Shown here in pieces: positions 25,443 through 36,762 of a DNA stretch of 64,000 nucleotides (within the stretch, counting starts at the first letter, position 1; each line of letters begins with the position of its first letter). Origin of the DNA: Styela clava (Eukaryota); NCBI RefSeq assembly GCF_964204865.1, contig NC_135258.1, forward strand, positions 7,936,001 to 8,000,000, written 5' to 3'. The notes under the pieces were generated by a model, which did not search any database, was not told where the DNA came from, and saw nothing but the letters and a program-made list of their open reading frames with translations. Both the position numbers and the translations under genes were made by a program.

Positions 25443-28400
25443 ACAAGTAGTAGTAGTAGTATTTTATTTCGTCAACAATGTCAAAATCAAAATACAACAT
25501 ACAACATTTCAAAATTAATTTCCAAGGCATTGTGACGAGGCTGTGACGAAGCGACCGTTAGGTCATCGAGTCAGTCACAGCCTTCAAAAAAATATAAAAT
25601 TACCATTTTTTAAACGAAATTGAGCTGAAGTAGCATACACCGAAAATAAATTAACAAAACTAACAGAGAGGAAAACAAAAACAAAAGAAAAAACAAAACT
25701 CAATTGAATATGTTTAAACCATACTATGGGGGATGGCATGTACACAGTATAATTCAAGCCTAACCAACTGGAATAATGGTCTTTTACAGTTAATGTTCTA
25801 TAGTAGAGTCGTATGTTTCACGAAAAAGGGACTCTAGCTTCGCTTTAAATACTAGTTCGATACATTGAGTGGCATGTAAAATCGTTAGAGTGACTCAGAC
25901 AGGAAATAAATTACAATAAACTGTGCAGTAATAATTAGAGGTATGACATCATCAAAATTGTCAATTGAAGCCTTGAATTTGAAAATTCTGTAAATACAAT
26001 CGTGAATTTTAGAGTATCCATTCTTGCTATAATAGTGGTTTTGGTGTTGTTCTGTTGGAAAATAACACAAGAAAACGTTGAAATAAAAATTAATTAACCT
26101 CTACTAGACACAAAATCTCGCAAGTTCAAGGTTGTTCAATAGAAATTTTGTCGCATAAAAAAATATTATTTTAGGAGTGTGTTTTAAACATACCGGTATA
26201 TAACTGAATAGAACTCTATTAAAAACACGCTATGAAAAAGTCATTTAGGGCTTAATGGTTGACAATTAAAATAACCCATGTAAAATGGCCACAGAGCGAC
26301 TGGCGGAGTAGGGTTAAAACACAGTAATTTCTTGTCCTCCTACCAACAGCGACCGATGGTGTGAGTATGTCACTTGTAGCTATCGATATATTTTTTAAAA
26401 AGTTTGCGGGCGAAACATGCATAGCTGCAGTCTTTTATTTCCTGACTAATTTCATTCCAAATAACCGGACCTTGGAACAATATGGATTTTTGCAAAATCG
26501 ATGAGTCTGACCTTGGAACAAATAGGTTGTGCTGTGAGTATCTTGTGCCATGATTGTGGATTAAACCTATGTTTTGAAAATAATTCATAAAAGTATTTGG
26601 AGAACAGTTTTGTTTCGTACGGTACATAAATTTTGCAACTTCATAACGATATAAGTCATTAAGTTTAAGAAGTTTATGTTTATAATAGTACGGTGTTGTA
26701 TTTTCTTTGTAACTGCTATTGGAAATTATGCGAATTGCTCTGTTTTGCAGTACACTGAGCTTTTTCAGATGCTGTTTTGCCGAACAACCCCATATTATTA
26801 TACCATAAGACATATGTGAATAAAAGAGACTGTAATAAATTTGTAAAAGAGTTTTTTGTGAGACCAATCCACGTAGCTTACTCAGCGTTCCAACGGCTCG
26901 TGCTAACTTTTTTGATAGCAGTTCAATGTGACTACTCCAGTTCAAGCAACAATCAATTTCAAGTCCCAAGTAAGAAGCTTTTTTTACCTTTTCCAGCTTA
27001 AAACCATCAAGATATAGATTTACGCTTGCACGATCATTCTTAGAAATTACAATGTATTTAGTCTTCTGGGGATTCACAGTTAGCTTGTTGGAGTGCATCC
27101 ATTTGCCAATCTTTGAGAGCTCAGAATTGCAATCGGTTTCTAATTGATGAATGGAACATCTCGAAAGTTTGAAAGAAGTGTCATCAGCAAAAAGATGTGT
27201 CGAAAATTTACTGGAATTATGGATATCATTCACATAGATTATGAACAATAGAGGCCCCAAAACAGAACCTTGTGGTACGCCCATACTAACATTTTGTGAA
27301 GTAGATCTAACATTACCAAAACTGACATATTGCATACGTTCACTTATGTAACTTTTTATCAACGCCAGTGCATTACCTCTTATACCATAATGATGAAGTT
27401 TGTGCAGTAATATTGAGTGATCAATTGTATCAAAAGCTTTTTTTAAGTCCACGTAAATGTTAACCGAATGTTGTTTTTCAGCAATATTCATATATAGATG
27501 AGTAACACTGTCTAAAACCGCGTGAATTGTTGAGTGTTCAAGTCTAAAACCGAATTGTTTATCTGACAAAATGTCAAATTTGTCCAGATATTCTGCCAAT
27601 CTGATGTGTAATAGTTTTTCGAACAGTTTGGCTACAGCTGGAAGAACTGAAATTGGTCGATAATTGCTTACTATGCTTGGATCTCCTGATTTAAACACAG
27701 GCGTCACTTTTGCCACTTTCAGGCATTGCGGAAAGACTCCATGCTGCATGCATGTATTAAAGATATCTGTAAGATTCTTGCTAATGATATGAATCATCAT
27801 TTTTAGAAAACGAATAGACAGGCCGTCCGGACCAGAAGCTTTTCTTGAATCCATTTTGTTTACAAGTGAAATAATTTCATATTCTAGTATAGGCTCCAGA
27901 TAAATTGAATTTTTCTGGGGTTCGCCTAAATATTTCATAAAATTTATAGAATTATTTGTCAGATTTGATGCAAGATTAGGACCAACGTTTACAAAGTAAG
28001 TGTTAAATTCTTCGCATATGGACTGGTAGTTGCATATAATGCCATAATTTGTCTCAATTTCGTGTGGAAATTTTTGTTTATGCTTCTTATTAGTGATTGT
28101 GTTAATGAGATTCCATGTCTTTTTTGTGTCACCCTCTAGTTCTTTGAATTTTTCTTGATAAAATTTTATTTTAGCCTTTTTCTTGATATGTGTAAGAATG
28201 TTAGAGTATCTTTTGTAATATCTTATTTTTGTTTTGTCCATGGATAAAAAATGACTTTTATATAAACGTTTACGAGTCGCGATTGATTTTTTGATACCTA
28301 TCGTAAACCACGGTTTCGAGTCGAATCTCAGTTCTCTACGCGTTTTTTTTCTCAGCGGAGCATGTTTGTCAACAGCTGATTTCAGAATTTCCAAAAGCGT

Positions 28401-29497
28401 ATGAAATGTTTTTTCGATATCAGGATTGTGTGTATTGGAAATGTCTAATTCAGCTGCTGAGTTTTCAATATCTTCTAAAAAAGAGTCAAGTTGGAAATAC
28501 TTCAATGATCGCACAAATTTAGTCTCAGAGTTCTTTCTTAAGGTCGTATTGCGAATTATACACACTATAGGTAGATGGTCAGAAATATCATACCACAAGG
28601 CATAACCTAGCAACTGTAATTCATTTTCGTTGCTGTATATGTGATCAATTAATGTACAAGAATTATTAGTGATTCTGGTGGGCGCAGATATTAACACTTG
28701 TATTGAATTTGACAGTAACATGTTTGAGTATTCCAAAACGAAAGAATCAGAAGTTTTGCACAAATTTATGTTAAAGTCACCAAGAAAAAAAACTATTTTC
28801 TTGTTTGCCATAATTTTGTGCATCGACTCATTTAACAATGTGTAAAAAATTTTGCGATCTTGTTTGGGGTGTCTATATATAACTGCAATAATCGCTTGTT
28901 TGCCATTGTTTAGTTTGACACTTATCCACAGATCCTCACAGCCAACAAGATTAAGCTTAAATTTATCAGTTTTGAAATATTCTACACAATTTTTTATGTA
29001 AAAACACACACCCCCGGCCGCTGTTGGAGAATCCTCGTGTATGAAAGAGTAATTTGGCAAGGTAATATTTACCACAATAGACTTGTGTATTCGTGTTTCT
29101 GATACAGCTATGATATCAGGAAAAAAATTTAAATCGTCCAAAAGATTACCAAGTTTTTCTAAATTTTTACCAATCGATCTGATGTTCACATGGATCATAG
29201 ATATATCACTTGGTAATTTTGTTTTGTTAAGATTGTGAACATCAATATACCCAGGTGAAGATTTCCAGGCTGGGTCTATTTTATCAAAATCTGTACCAGC
29301 GAAGGTACTGAAAAACTCTTGATCATTTTCTGACATACCCGGAAAAATATCAATTAAACAGTGATTACAGTAATATGGATCATCTGATTGGCCAAGTTTG
29401 ATAAATTGATCAATTTTAAGGCCAGAGCATTTCAGATGCAACCATGAGTTACATAAGTCACAGTAAATTACATTGGAAAGGCATCTTTTTTTACATA
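25443..29497 (-). mobile_element. Non-LTR retrotransposon (CR1/L2 group, possibly Crack/Daphne-like), 5'-truncated, about 4.05 kb
   Basis: Carries ORF2, a ~0.9-kb 3'UTR with a stem-loop (25538-25583), AATAAA (minus strand 25463-25468) and a (TAC)n tail at ~25447-25461. Both ends are defined by interruption of the Academ left TIR. Confidence 0.88.
26370..29497 (-). CDS. LINE ORF2: partial PHD finger + apurinic-like endonuclease + reverse transcriptase (no ATG because of 5' truncation)
   Basis: Endonuclease motifs HVNIRS, VSET, GGV, YRHP, GDFN, TLIDHIY, SDH. RT motifs NYRPIS, QFGFR, DLKKAFDT, GVPQGSVLGPLLF, FADD, YLG. The frame extends upstream of the ORF-track start as CKKRCLSNVIYCDLCNSWLHLKC...YYCNHC. 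Confidence 0.93.
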
Positions 29498-30610
29498 ACT
29501 GCTCGCTTTTGCGTTGAGTAGCCTTTCCATAGTTTTTTTCAGTTACCGGTAATATTAGTTCAGTTATTCTAAGGAGGTGTTGAAAAGTATAGGTAAGATA
29601 TCAAACACTTGCATATCCTTACCATAAATAGCAATTTTAGTTGAGCACTAGCTCATAAGACGTTGTTAAATAGGTGCGGTGCGGTAACTCCAAGGAAGGC
29701 TAGACCTAGAATAATATGTCTCAAACAACGATATTTTCTGGCTTGCATGAAATGTTTATGATTAATTTAATGACTCTTCTTGACTATTCAGCAGACTTAT
29801 ACTACTATATACAGGCCACAGCATATTTGGAAATAGAAATGAATGGCTATTTCTGTAATGCACGGTTGTGTGAAAGAGAAGAAAATCAATTTTACTAATG
29901 TCGGTTGGTCTAAATCTAAATTCATAGAGTCGACAAGAACCTGGGAAGCAATGATAAGTTATGCCGGAGTGGAAAGAAAGGTAGCATTGGAAACGATTGA
30001 GAGGTGAGAAATCAAGTTGTAGACAAACAGTTGATGTTTTAAAATATAGTCTATAGTTCATACTCATGCTGTCATAGGACATTTCAGACTGTGATATATC
30101 AAAATTTAGTGTAGATATAGTCTAGTACGGTACCGGTAATGGTATGCAAACACTGCTGGACTGTAGTACATGCAATGAGCATATATACGCTCATTTAGTA
30201 CATCAGATAAAATGCATTATGATTATGTATTCAAGGTATTAGTTAGTATTTAGTGGTATTTTTAAACTCATGCTGCTCCAAATATTATTTTCTTCCTCAT
30301 TTTAGATACTGTACTACAAAAGAAAACGGCAATGTTCCACCAATCCGACCTAACGCAGGCTCTGATCCCTGCTGCTATCAGTGCTATAAAATGGATTAAA
30401 CAAGAAGTCTTGAAGCTTAAAGGTATATGGGAATCATAATAGTTGCAAACAGCTTAGATGGGCTATTCATATTGAAATACTTTAGCACTTTTCTGCAATT
30501 GGAACTGCCCATCAAATTCATGTTGGAGACTTCATTGAGATTTTCAATTCATTTTTTTCCCTCGACTATGAAGATCTTTTGAAGTTAACGAGGCATTAAT
30601 AAATAAAGCT

Positions 30611-30950
30611 GAGGAATTTAAAGAGGATATGAAGAATGTAAATGATACCAGGGCACGTCTATTTAACACTGTCAAACATAAGGATTATACTCTCCACCCA
30701 ACAATGATTCACTGAAGAAGCATGTGGCCCTCAAATCAGTTCTTGAGTTGGCAAACTGCAAGTGTAAGAAAAATAGTCAAAATAATTTATGAAAGTGTGC
30801 CAAAATCAACTTAAATTGCACAGATTTTTGTTTTTGTATCGACTGCAAAAATCACAGTACACTTATAGAGGAAAAGTCGATTTTTGAGATAGTGGATTTC
30901 GAAAACAATTCAGAAGAAAGTGAATTAGATATTACTGTTGATTTAATAAG
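30611..30950 (+). pseudogene. Decayed C-terminal region of the Academ protein (XPG-like segment and Cys8/CXC zinc finger)
   Basis: Translates as EEFKEDMKNVNDTRARLFNTVKHKDYTL, then after a frameshift NDSLKKHVALKSVLELANCKCKKNSQNNL*KCAKINLNCTDFCFCIDCKN and an acidic tail. This resembles, from memory, the Academ C-terminal 'vlelisCxCkkxC...CxC..glxCTdxCxC..C.N' pattern. Confidence 0.7.
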
Positions 30951-33702
30951 TATCATTTATTTGTTTTGTTTTTCGGACATTTGTTAGTGTCGTAGTCCTG
31001 TTTCTAGAAGTATTATTGCCTTTGTTCAAATACATAACCACATAAACTAAAAAAAGATTAATTGTAAATTGTAATATTTCTGTTCACTATGTTATGTACA
31101 TTATGTTAATTTTCTTGACTTTTGCGGTGAATTTCTAAGTGAGAAATAACTGATTTATTTGTGTTTTCGTGCTCACGATGTTAATTTGTGACTTCATTGC
31201 TTAAAAATAAATACGTTTGATAGCTTCTATAAAATGGATGTAGCTTTTTATGCTGTTCTTGTTGTAAACTGCTTGTGGTTATTACATAAAATTTATTTAT
31301 GTGAATCAGCGTTGTTGGTGTCGCTGCTTTCGAGGTCACTCCCGATTCCTGTCACACAATTAAAGTATTTTTTGTTGTTGGTTACATGTATGCCATATTT
31401 TTCGTAATCTACCTAATAAATTATGATTGACTGAGGAAGTCCGATTTTGGTCAGGCAAAACATCACAGGAATACATTTGTGTTAGTGTGCTGTAGGGCTC
31501 TCGAATTGCATAGTTCTTATGTATGTGTTGTAAACTTATGGTTATTGAATTTCCGGGAACCTCTTATATTCAGCACTAGGATTGTGGAACAAGCTGTAAT
31601 GCGTTCATTATGTTCGTTTTCACACAAAACTGAAGAATTTATTTAGTTACCAGATGTGCGCTACGAAACTCATTTTCTGGGCGTTTTCATGGCTTCGTCT
31701 CACGGCCCATATCCGTGGTAAGGATCTACATGTGTTTAATAACTTACTTATACATTTTTCAACAACGTCTTAGCATAACTTAACTAATAATAACTAAACA
31801 GGGCTATGGAAAGCCTGCCCGACTCAGCGCAAGGTCAAGCAGTAATAACTAATATTCATCCGCTCGCTAACAGCTGGTTTAATTCAATTGTTACGTCATG
31901 CTGAAGTCATTGTTCCTTGCCGAAAATGTAGAGAATATAGGACAGATCGTAGCACATATTTCTTGTAGTAAAAGCGTCTTTTCCGTAAAACGTGCAACTT
32001 TTGGAAGTGGGAACAAGGCAATATTTGTTACTAAATTTTTAAGAAACATTTTAAAATCATTTTCAGGTAGTTACCTGATGTGCGCTACGAAACTCACTTT
32101 CTAGGCGTTTTTCAGGGCCTCGGCTCGCGGCCTAACACTTTTCTCATTCGAACAGATTTTCAAGCGTGGTCGTAAACATTAACTCGTTTTCGCTTTTTTG
32201 AACTCTATTCGTTAGTTTTCTGTTGTGTTTCGGAAACCCTACTATAAATCAGATAATTCAATGATCACTCTGTCTTCCTAGGAGTTTTAATTCAATTACA
32301 GTAATAAATAATTTGTGTAGAAATAGCGGTGATGTACTAGGCTAAAAAAATTTACCTGTACTTTTAACAAACAGATGGTTGTATGCGATTAATCATAATG
32401 ATGATTTGAAACACATACGCCATTTTACAGGCGCCACTCGCAAAAGCAATCTTAAAATAGTTCCGAAAATTATGCAATGGTAAAGTATGGGAGGGATTTT
32501 TCGGGGGTCAAAGGTCGGAGAAAAGTCCATTTTATTGCAATGTGTCACAAATCTTCGTCGCCCCAGCGTTACCCAAGATGTGGTTGTATGATTGTCATAA
32601 TAGAACTAGGTTATTTTGAACCCATATCACACTAAAAAAGAAGTGCAAACATTTTTACGCAAAATGTTATCACGGGTGATTGTACGTAGCTATTGATATC
32701 ACACAATCGATCGATGATGAAAAAACTTGCTTTAACATCATTGGCAATGATCGTTGTACTGGTGTTCTTAATAGGTTAGTAATTCTCAGATGCGTACTAT
32801 CTGAAAGTTACTACATAAAAATTACTTCCATAGTAAGACAAGTAGATACAACAACAAACACAACAATTGCAAGAGATTTTTTCAAAGATCAATAAGTATT
32901 GCCACTTATGACCTGATGCATGAAGCCATTGACAAGGCTGAAATAGAATCATAAATATCCTGTTCCATATTCCAAAAAACGAAATGCAAAGGCTACGCAT
33001 AACTCCAGAGGCTACAAGATTTGATTGAATATATATTCGATTCTAAATCCATATCAATTCTGAAACAGAAAAGGGTTATGCACAGGGGCGTGTCAAACTG
33101 TTCTGCTGTATGGGGCGAGTTTCTGATATCGATGCTTCTTAAACCTAACTTCTAAAATAATTTGCCGTATAAACATATTAAAGATGTTTTTATGCATGAG
33201 AATTAATAAATTAAAGGTCACATAACAATGAAATGTTTGTATTGTTTAAATTTAAATCACCAAACTAAGCAAAAAAAAATCACTCCTATAACCTGCTGCC
33301 CTGGTTATGGGATATTTCATATTAAGATCAAAACAGAAACATCAGCACCAGGAAATAGTAATTAAATCGAGCGATATATAGTTCTTAATGAGATTGCAAG
33401 AATAACCGCAATACTGCACAATTTGAAGACCTAATTTGAATAAATATCACAATGCTGCAGTTTTCAACTCGAAATAATACACGTGATGCATAAAGTAAAT
33501 AGCCTGCTGACCTAGAGGTAAGTTTTCGCGTGTTTGTGTTTATTAGCGACATACTAATTCTATTCTGCTGCCATCACAGCCGTGACATAACTGCCTACTA
33601 AAACTCATTTAACGGCAGAGTCAACAATGCAATGCGTTGTATATAAAAGCAATTATTCTGGGCCGTTTGGTATTTTATTCCTGTGAATTTTATCAGACGG
33701 AC

Positions 33703-36700
33703 ATGATGTGGACGCTTAATACTAAGTCATTTTTCTTGATGACTCTAATCATTCTCCAATACTTCGCTTGTGAGTCTCAAGCAAGTATTAGTTTCGGAAC
33801 TTGTCATCTTTTGTGTAATGAGGAAGAAGCTTGTATGGAAGGGCCTCCTGGACCACCTGGAGAGCGCGGCCCAGAAGGACCTCGCGGAATGATGGGACCA
33901 GCAGGGCCACCTAGTACTTGCTGCGAAGATCTAGTTGAACAATACGAACAGCTTGAACATCAAGTTCAAGAGTTGAATGGTAAGTTATCAAATGTTGCGA
34001 TGCATTGGGAAACTTTACTTTTTCTGTGTTAGTCTTTCGTTTAATATTAGTTTGGCAAGTTCATTATTTCAACGAAAAATTACAAGTTGCTAACTTGCAT
34101 TTGTACTTGTTGCTTGTACATTCGGGCAATTGTTATTTGGGTTGGAAAAAGTGAATTAGTTATAATTTTTTGGGCAATTCGATACGATACAAAGAGCAAT
34201 ACTTTGACTTGGGAAATTTATCTATACTCGTAACATGGCTCGATACCATGTAAAAATAATTTTCCAAACAATTCTTAGTTTTTTACATTATTAAAACAGG
34301 CATGGAACATAATATAAGTGACATTACTTTCTCTAGAATGGATGTTTGCACGGGACTGTGCAGCGGTAAAAAGTCACGTGATATCAAGTGGAACTTACGT
34401 GATTCATCCGTTCAAGGAAATGAAACAAGGAGTCCAAGTGTATTGTGATCAAGTAACCGATGGTGGTGGATGGATTGTGAGTAGAGTTTTGAAAACTCTC
34501 ATGTACCCTTGTATCACCATACGGCGGTGAGGAGTTGGGCAATCCTTATGCCTATAATCATCCGCAAGATTCAAACCTGCGAACCCACGGGGTGTAATCA
34601 GAGGTGTCATGGAAAGCGTCGTTCTAACACTAAGCCTTAGATTTTAGACCAACCGCGCGAAAATAATACCCATATAATATTATATTATTGCATATTCTCG
34701 TTTTATGACACAGAGGAAGATTACAAACTTCTGAGTAGAATAGTTGTCCCAAAAATATGACGATCGCAACTAATTTTTAATTAACCTGTCACTTTCATTT
34801 TTAGGTAATACAAAGAAGACTTGACGGATCTGAAAATTTTTACCGTGACTGGAATGACTATGTCACCGGTTTTGGTTACATAGAACGAGAATTCTGGCTA
34901 GGTATACTTAATATTATGAACATAATTTGCGTTGGTTATTAAAAATATGATAAAATTTACATAATGTCATATTGATGATGGCGTACAGAGTGAAGTAGAT
35001 TCCCTTAATGTTCAATTAATTCAATATTATCAGTTACAAAACTGGCACTCTACTTCTGGTCCACCCAAAATACCATCAAAATATACCAGATTCTAAACAA
35101 TTTTATTTCTCAAATTATGACCTCGGCTTATGACTCGGGAATGCAGCGACTTGATTCGACACCGTTCTCGATCGTTAAAAACTTCCGTTGTTCAAGGTTG
35201 GACTTCGGAAACGTGGGCTAACCAATAGCTAACTGGCTAGTCTAACTCTATCTTTGACGTAAAATATTGACTAGAATTGACTCATAGTTGGAAAAAACAT
35301 GATTCAAGGTTTCAGAAACGTTTGCTATTGATATCTTTATAATTCACAGGACTAGAGACGATGCATAAAATATCTACCAATGGTCTTCATGAGATTCGAT
35401 TCGACTTTATCACAAGAGACAACGAAAAATTATTCGCAAAATATGGGTAATGCAAGTTTTTTTTACGCACTGTTAAATATTTTGTAAACTCTTTTTAGTG
35501 TTTGATAAAATGAAAGAGCGTAAAAAAGCTTACAAAACGGTCGATTATTCAGTGAACTACCATTTCAAGTTTGCTAATATTATTACGTGTGAATATACAG
35601 GGGGTACTTCAATTCCCTTTAAAATTCTCAATATTTTCAAATCAGGTTTGTTGTATTCTAATCAGTAATTGTTTGAGAATTTTAACGTTAAAAAATACAT
35701 CTGCGAGGCCCAAAACAATATATGGTATCGATAAATTACCTTTGCAATTTTGAAGAATGGTATTCATGGTAAACCTGTATATTTAGATTCTAGAATGCTA
35801 CATAAATCTAACACAAGTAATTTGTTGAAGCATTTTCGTTTGTTGATCGTCATCGTTCCGTGCAAATTTGTTTCAAGTAGACTCATTCTAAAATAACCTG
35901 ATTTATCATATATATATAAGTAAATATACAAAAAAATACTCTAATTTTCAGACAATTTCAAATTGCTGGAGCAGAAGACAATTATCGAATAACTATTACT
36001 GGATATTCGGGAAATGCAGGTATGCTCAAAATAAATTTTAAATTTAACAATAAACAATAACGCTGTTTTTCGATTTATACAGCAGCGGTTACCAACCGAA
36101 AAAAACCCAATGGGGTTAGCAGTTAGAGTGCGCCAGAGTGCTAGACGCTAAGCTGATACTACTTTTGTCTCGACACGAAAGCTCCCCATTCTACTTAGTT
36201 TCATTGTTTGATAAGGTTATTTCTGAGGGTGTTTTCACTTTGTTGAGCATGAATTGTTTAACATAATTGGATTTGAAATCATAAACAGAATGGTCATGAG
36301 AGCTGAAAGCCTCCGAAGGAGGAACGACTCACGAGCCATAAATGGTTGAAAACCTCTGTCATATAGTATGTGTATGTGCAGCAACATGATCTCAATTGCC
36401 TAATCTTCATCTCTCATAAAGATAGGATTTTATCGAGCAACATGTATCGCCCTGCACTTATACCTTGGTCATTGAATTTATCGTGTTGTTTTTATTAACA
36501 GGCGATTCGATGGAGTACCATAACAATAACCAATTTTCGACGATGGATCAGGAAAACGACCTCGACCCAGGAAAAAAATTGTGCCGAAGAGTACAAAGGG
36601 GGTTGGTGGTACAACTGGTGTCACCACGCTAACTTGAATGGTTTATACGCAGACATAACATCGACCAAGGGTTTATCCTGGTATAAGTGGAAAAACACAT

Positions 36701-36762
36701 ACACTCCATTTGCCAAATTTGTGGAGATTAAGATCAGGAAATCATCCGTGCCAAATCTTTAA
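33703..36762 (+). pseudogene. Ficolin-like copy 3 with +1 frameshift in exon 6 (pseudogene, or intact gene with a homopolymer sequencing error)
   Basis: Exons 33703-33979, 34337-34476, 34805-34901, 35350-35446, 35952-36019, 36502-36762. The A-run at 36572-36578 has 7 A versus 6 in copy 2, giving a premature TAA at 36630-36632. Exons 1-5 are intact. Confidence 0.8.

Larger units (their letters stand above)
25140..32134 (+). mobile_element. Academ-superfamily DNA transposon, internally deleted and decayed, hosting the LINE
   Basis: Termini TAGGCCGCGAGCCGAGGCC and GGCCTCGGCTCGCGGCCTA. The 3-bp TSD ACA (25137-25139 and 32135-32137) is confirmed by the empty site cagacacttttctc near 14714. Imperfect TIRs are ~0.4 kb (25140-25442 plus 29498-~29625 versus ~31715-32134). 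A Cys-rich coding relic lies inside. Confidence 0.8.
25036..32528. mobile_element. Second copy of the AT-TSD MITE, split by the Academ insertion
   Basis: The left part (25036-25139) and right part (32135-32528) align with 14628-15109. Confidence 0.75.

Noticed and set aside
30310-30319. TGTACTACAA as a 10-bp LINE TSD matching 25437-25446
   Set aside because: The Academ left TIR resumes at 29498, which fixes the LINE 5' end there. The match is probably coincidental.
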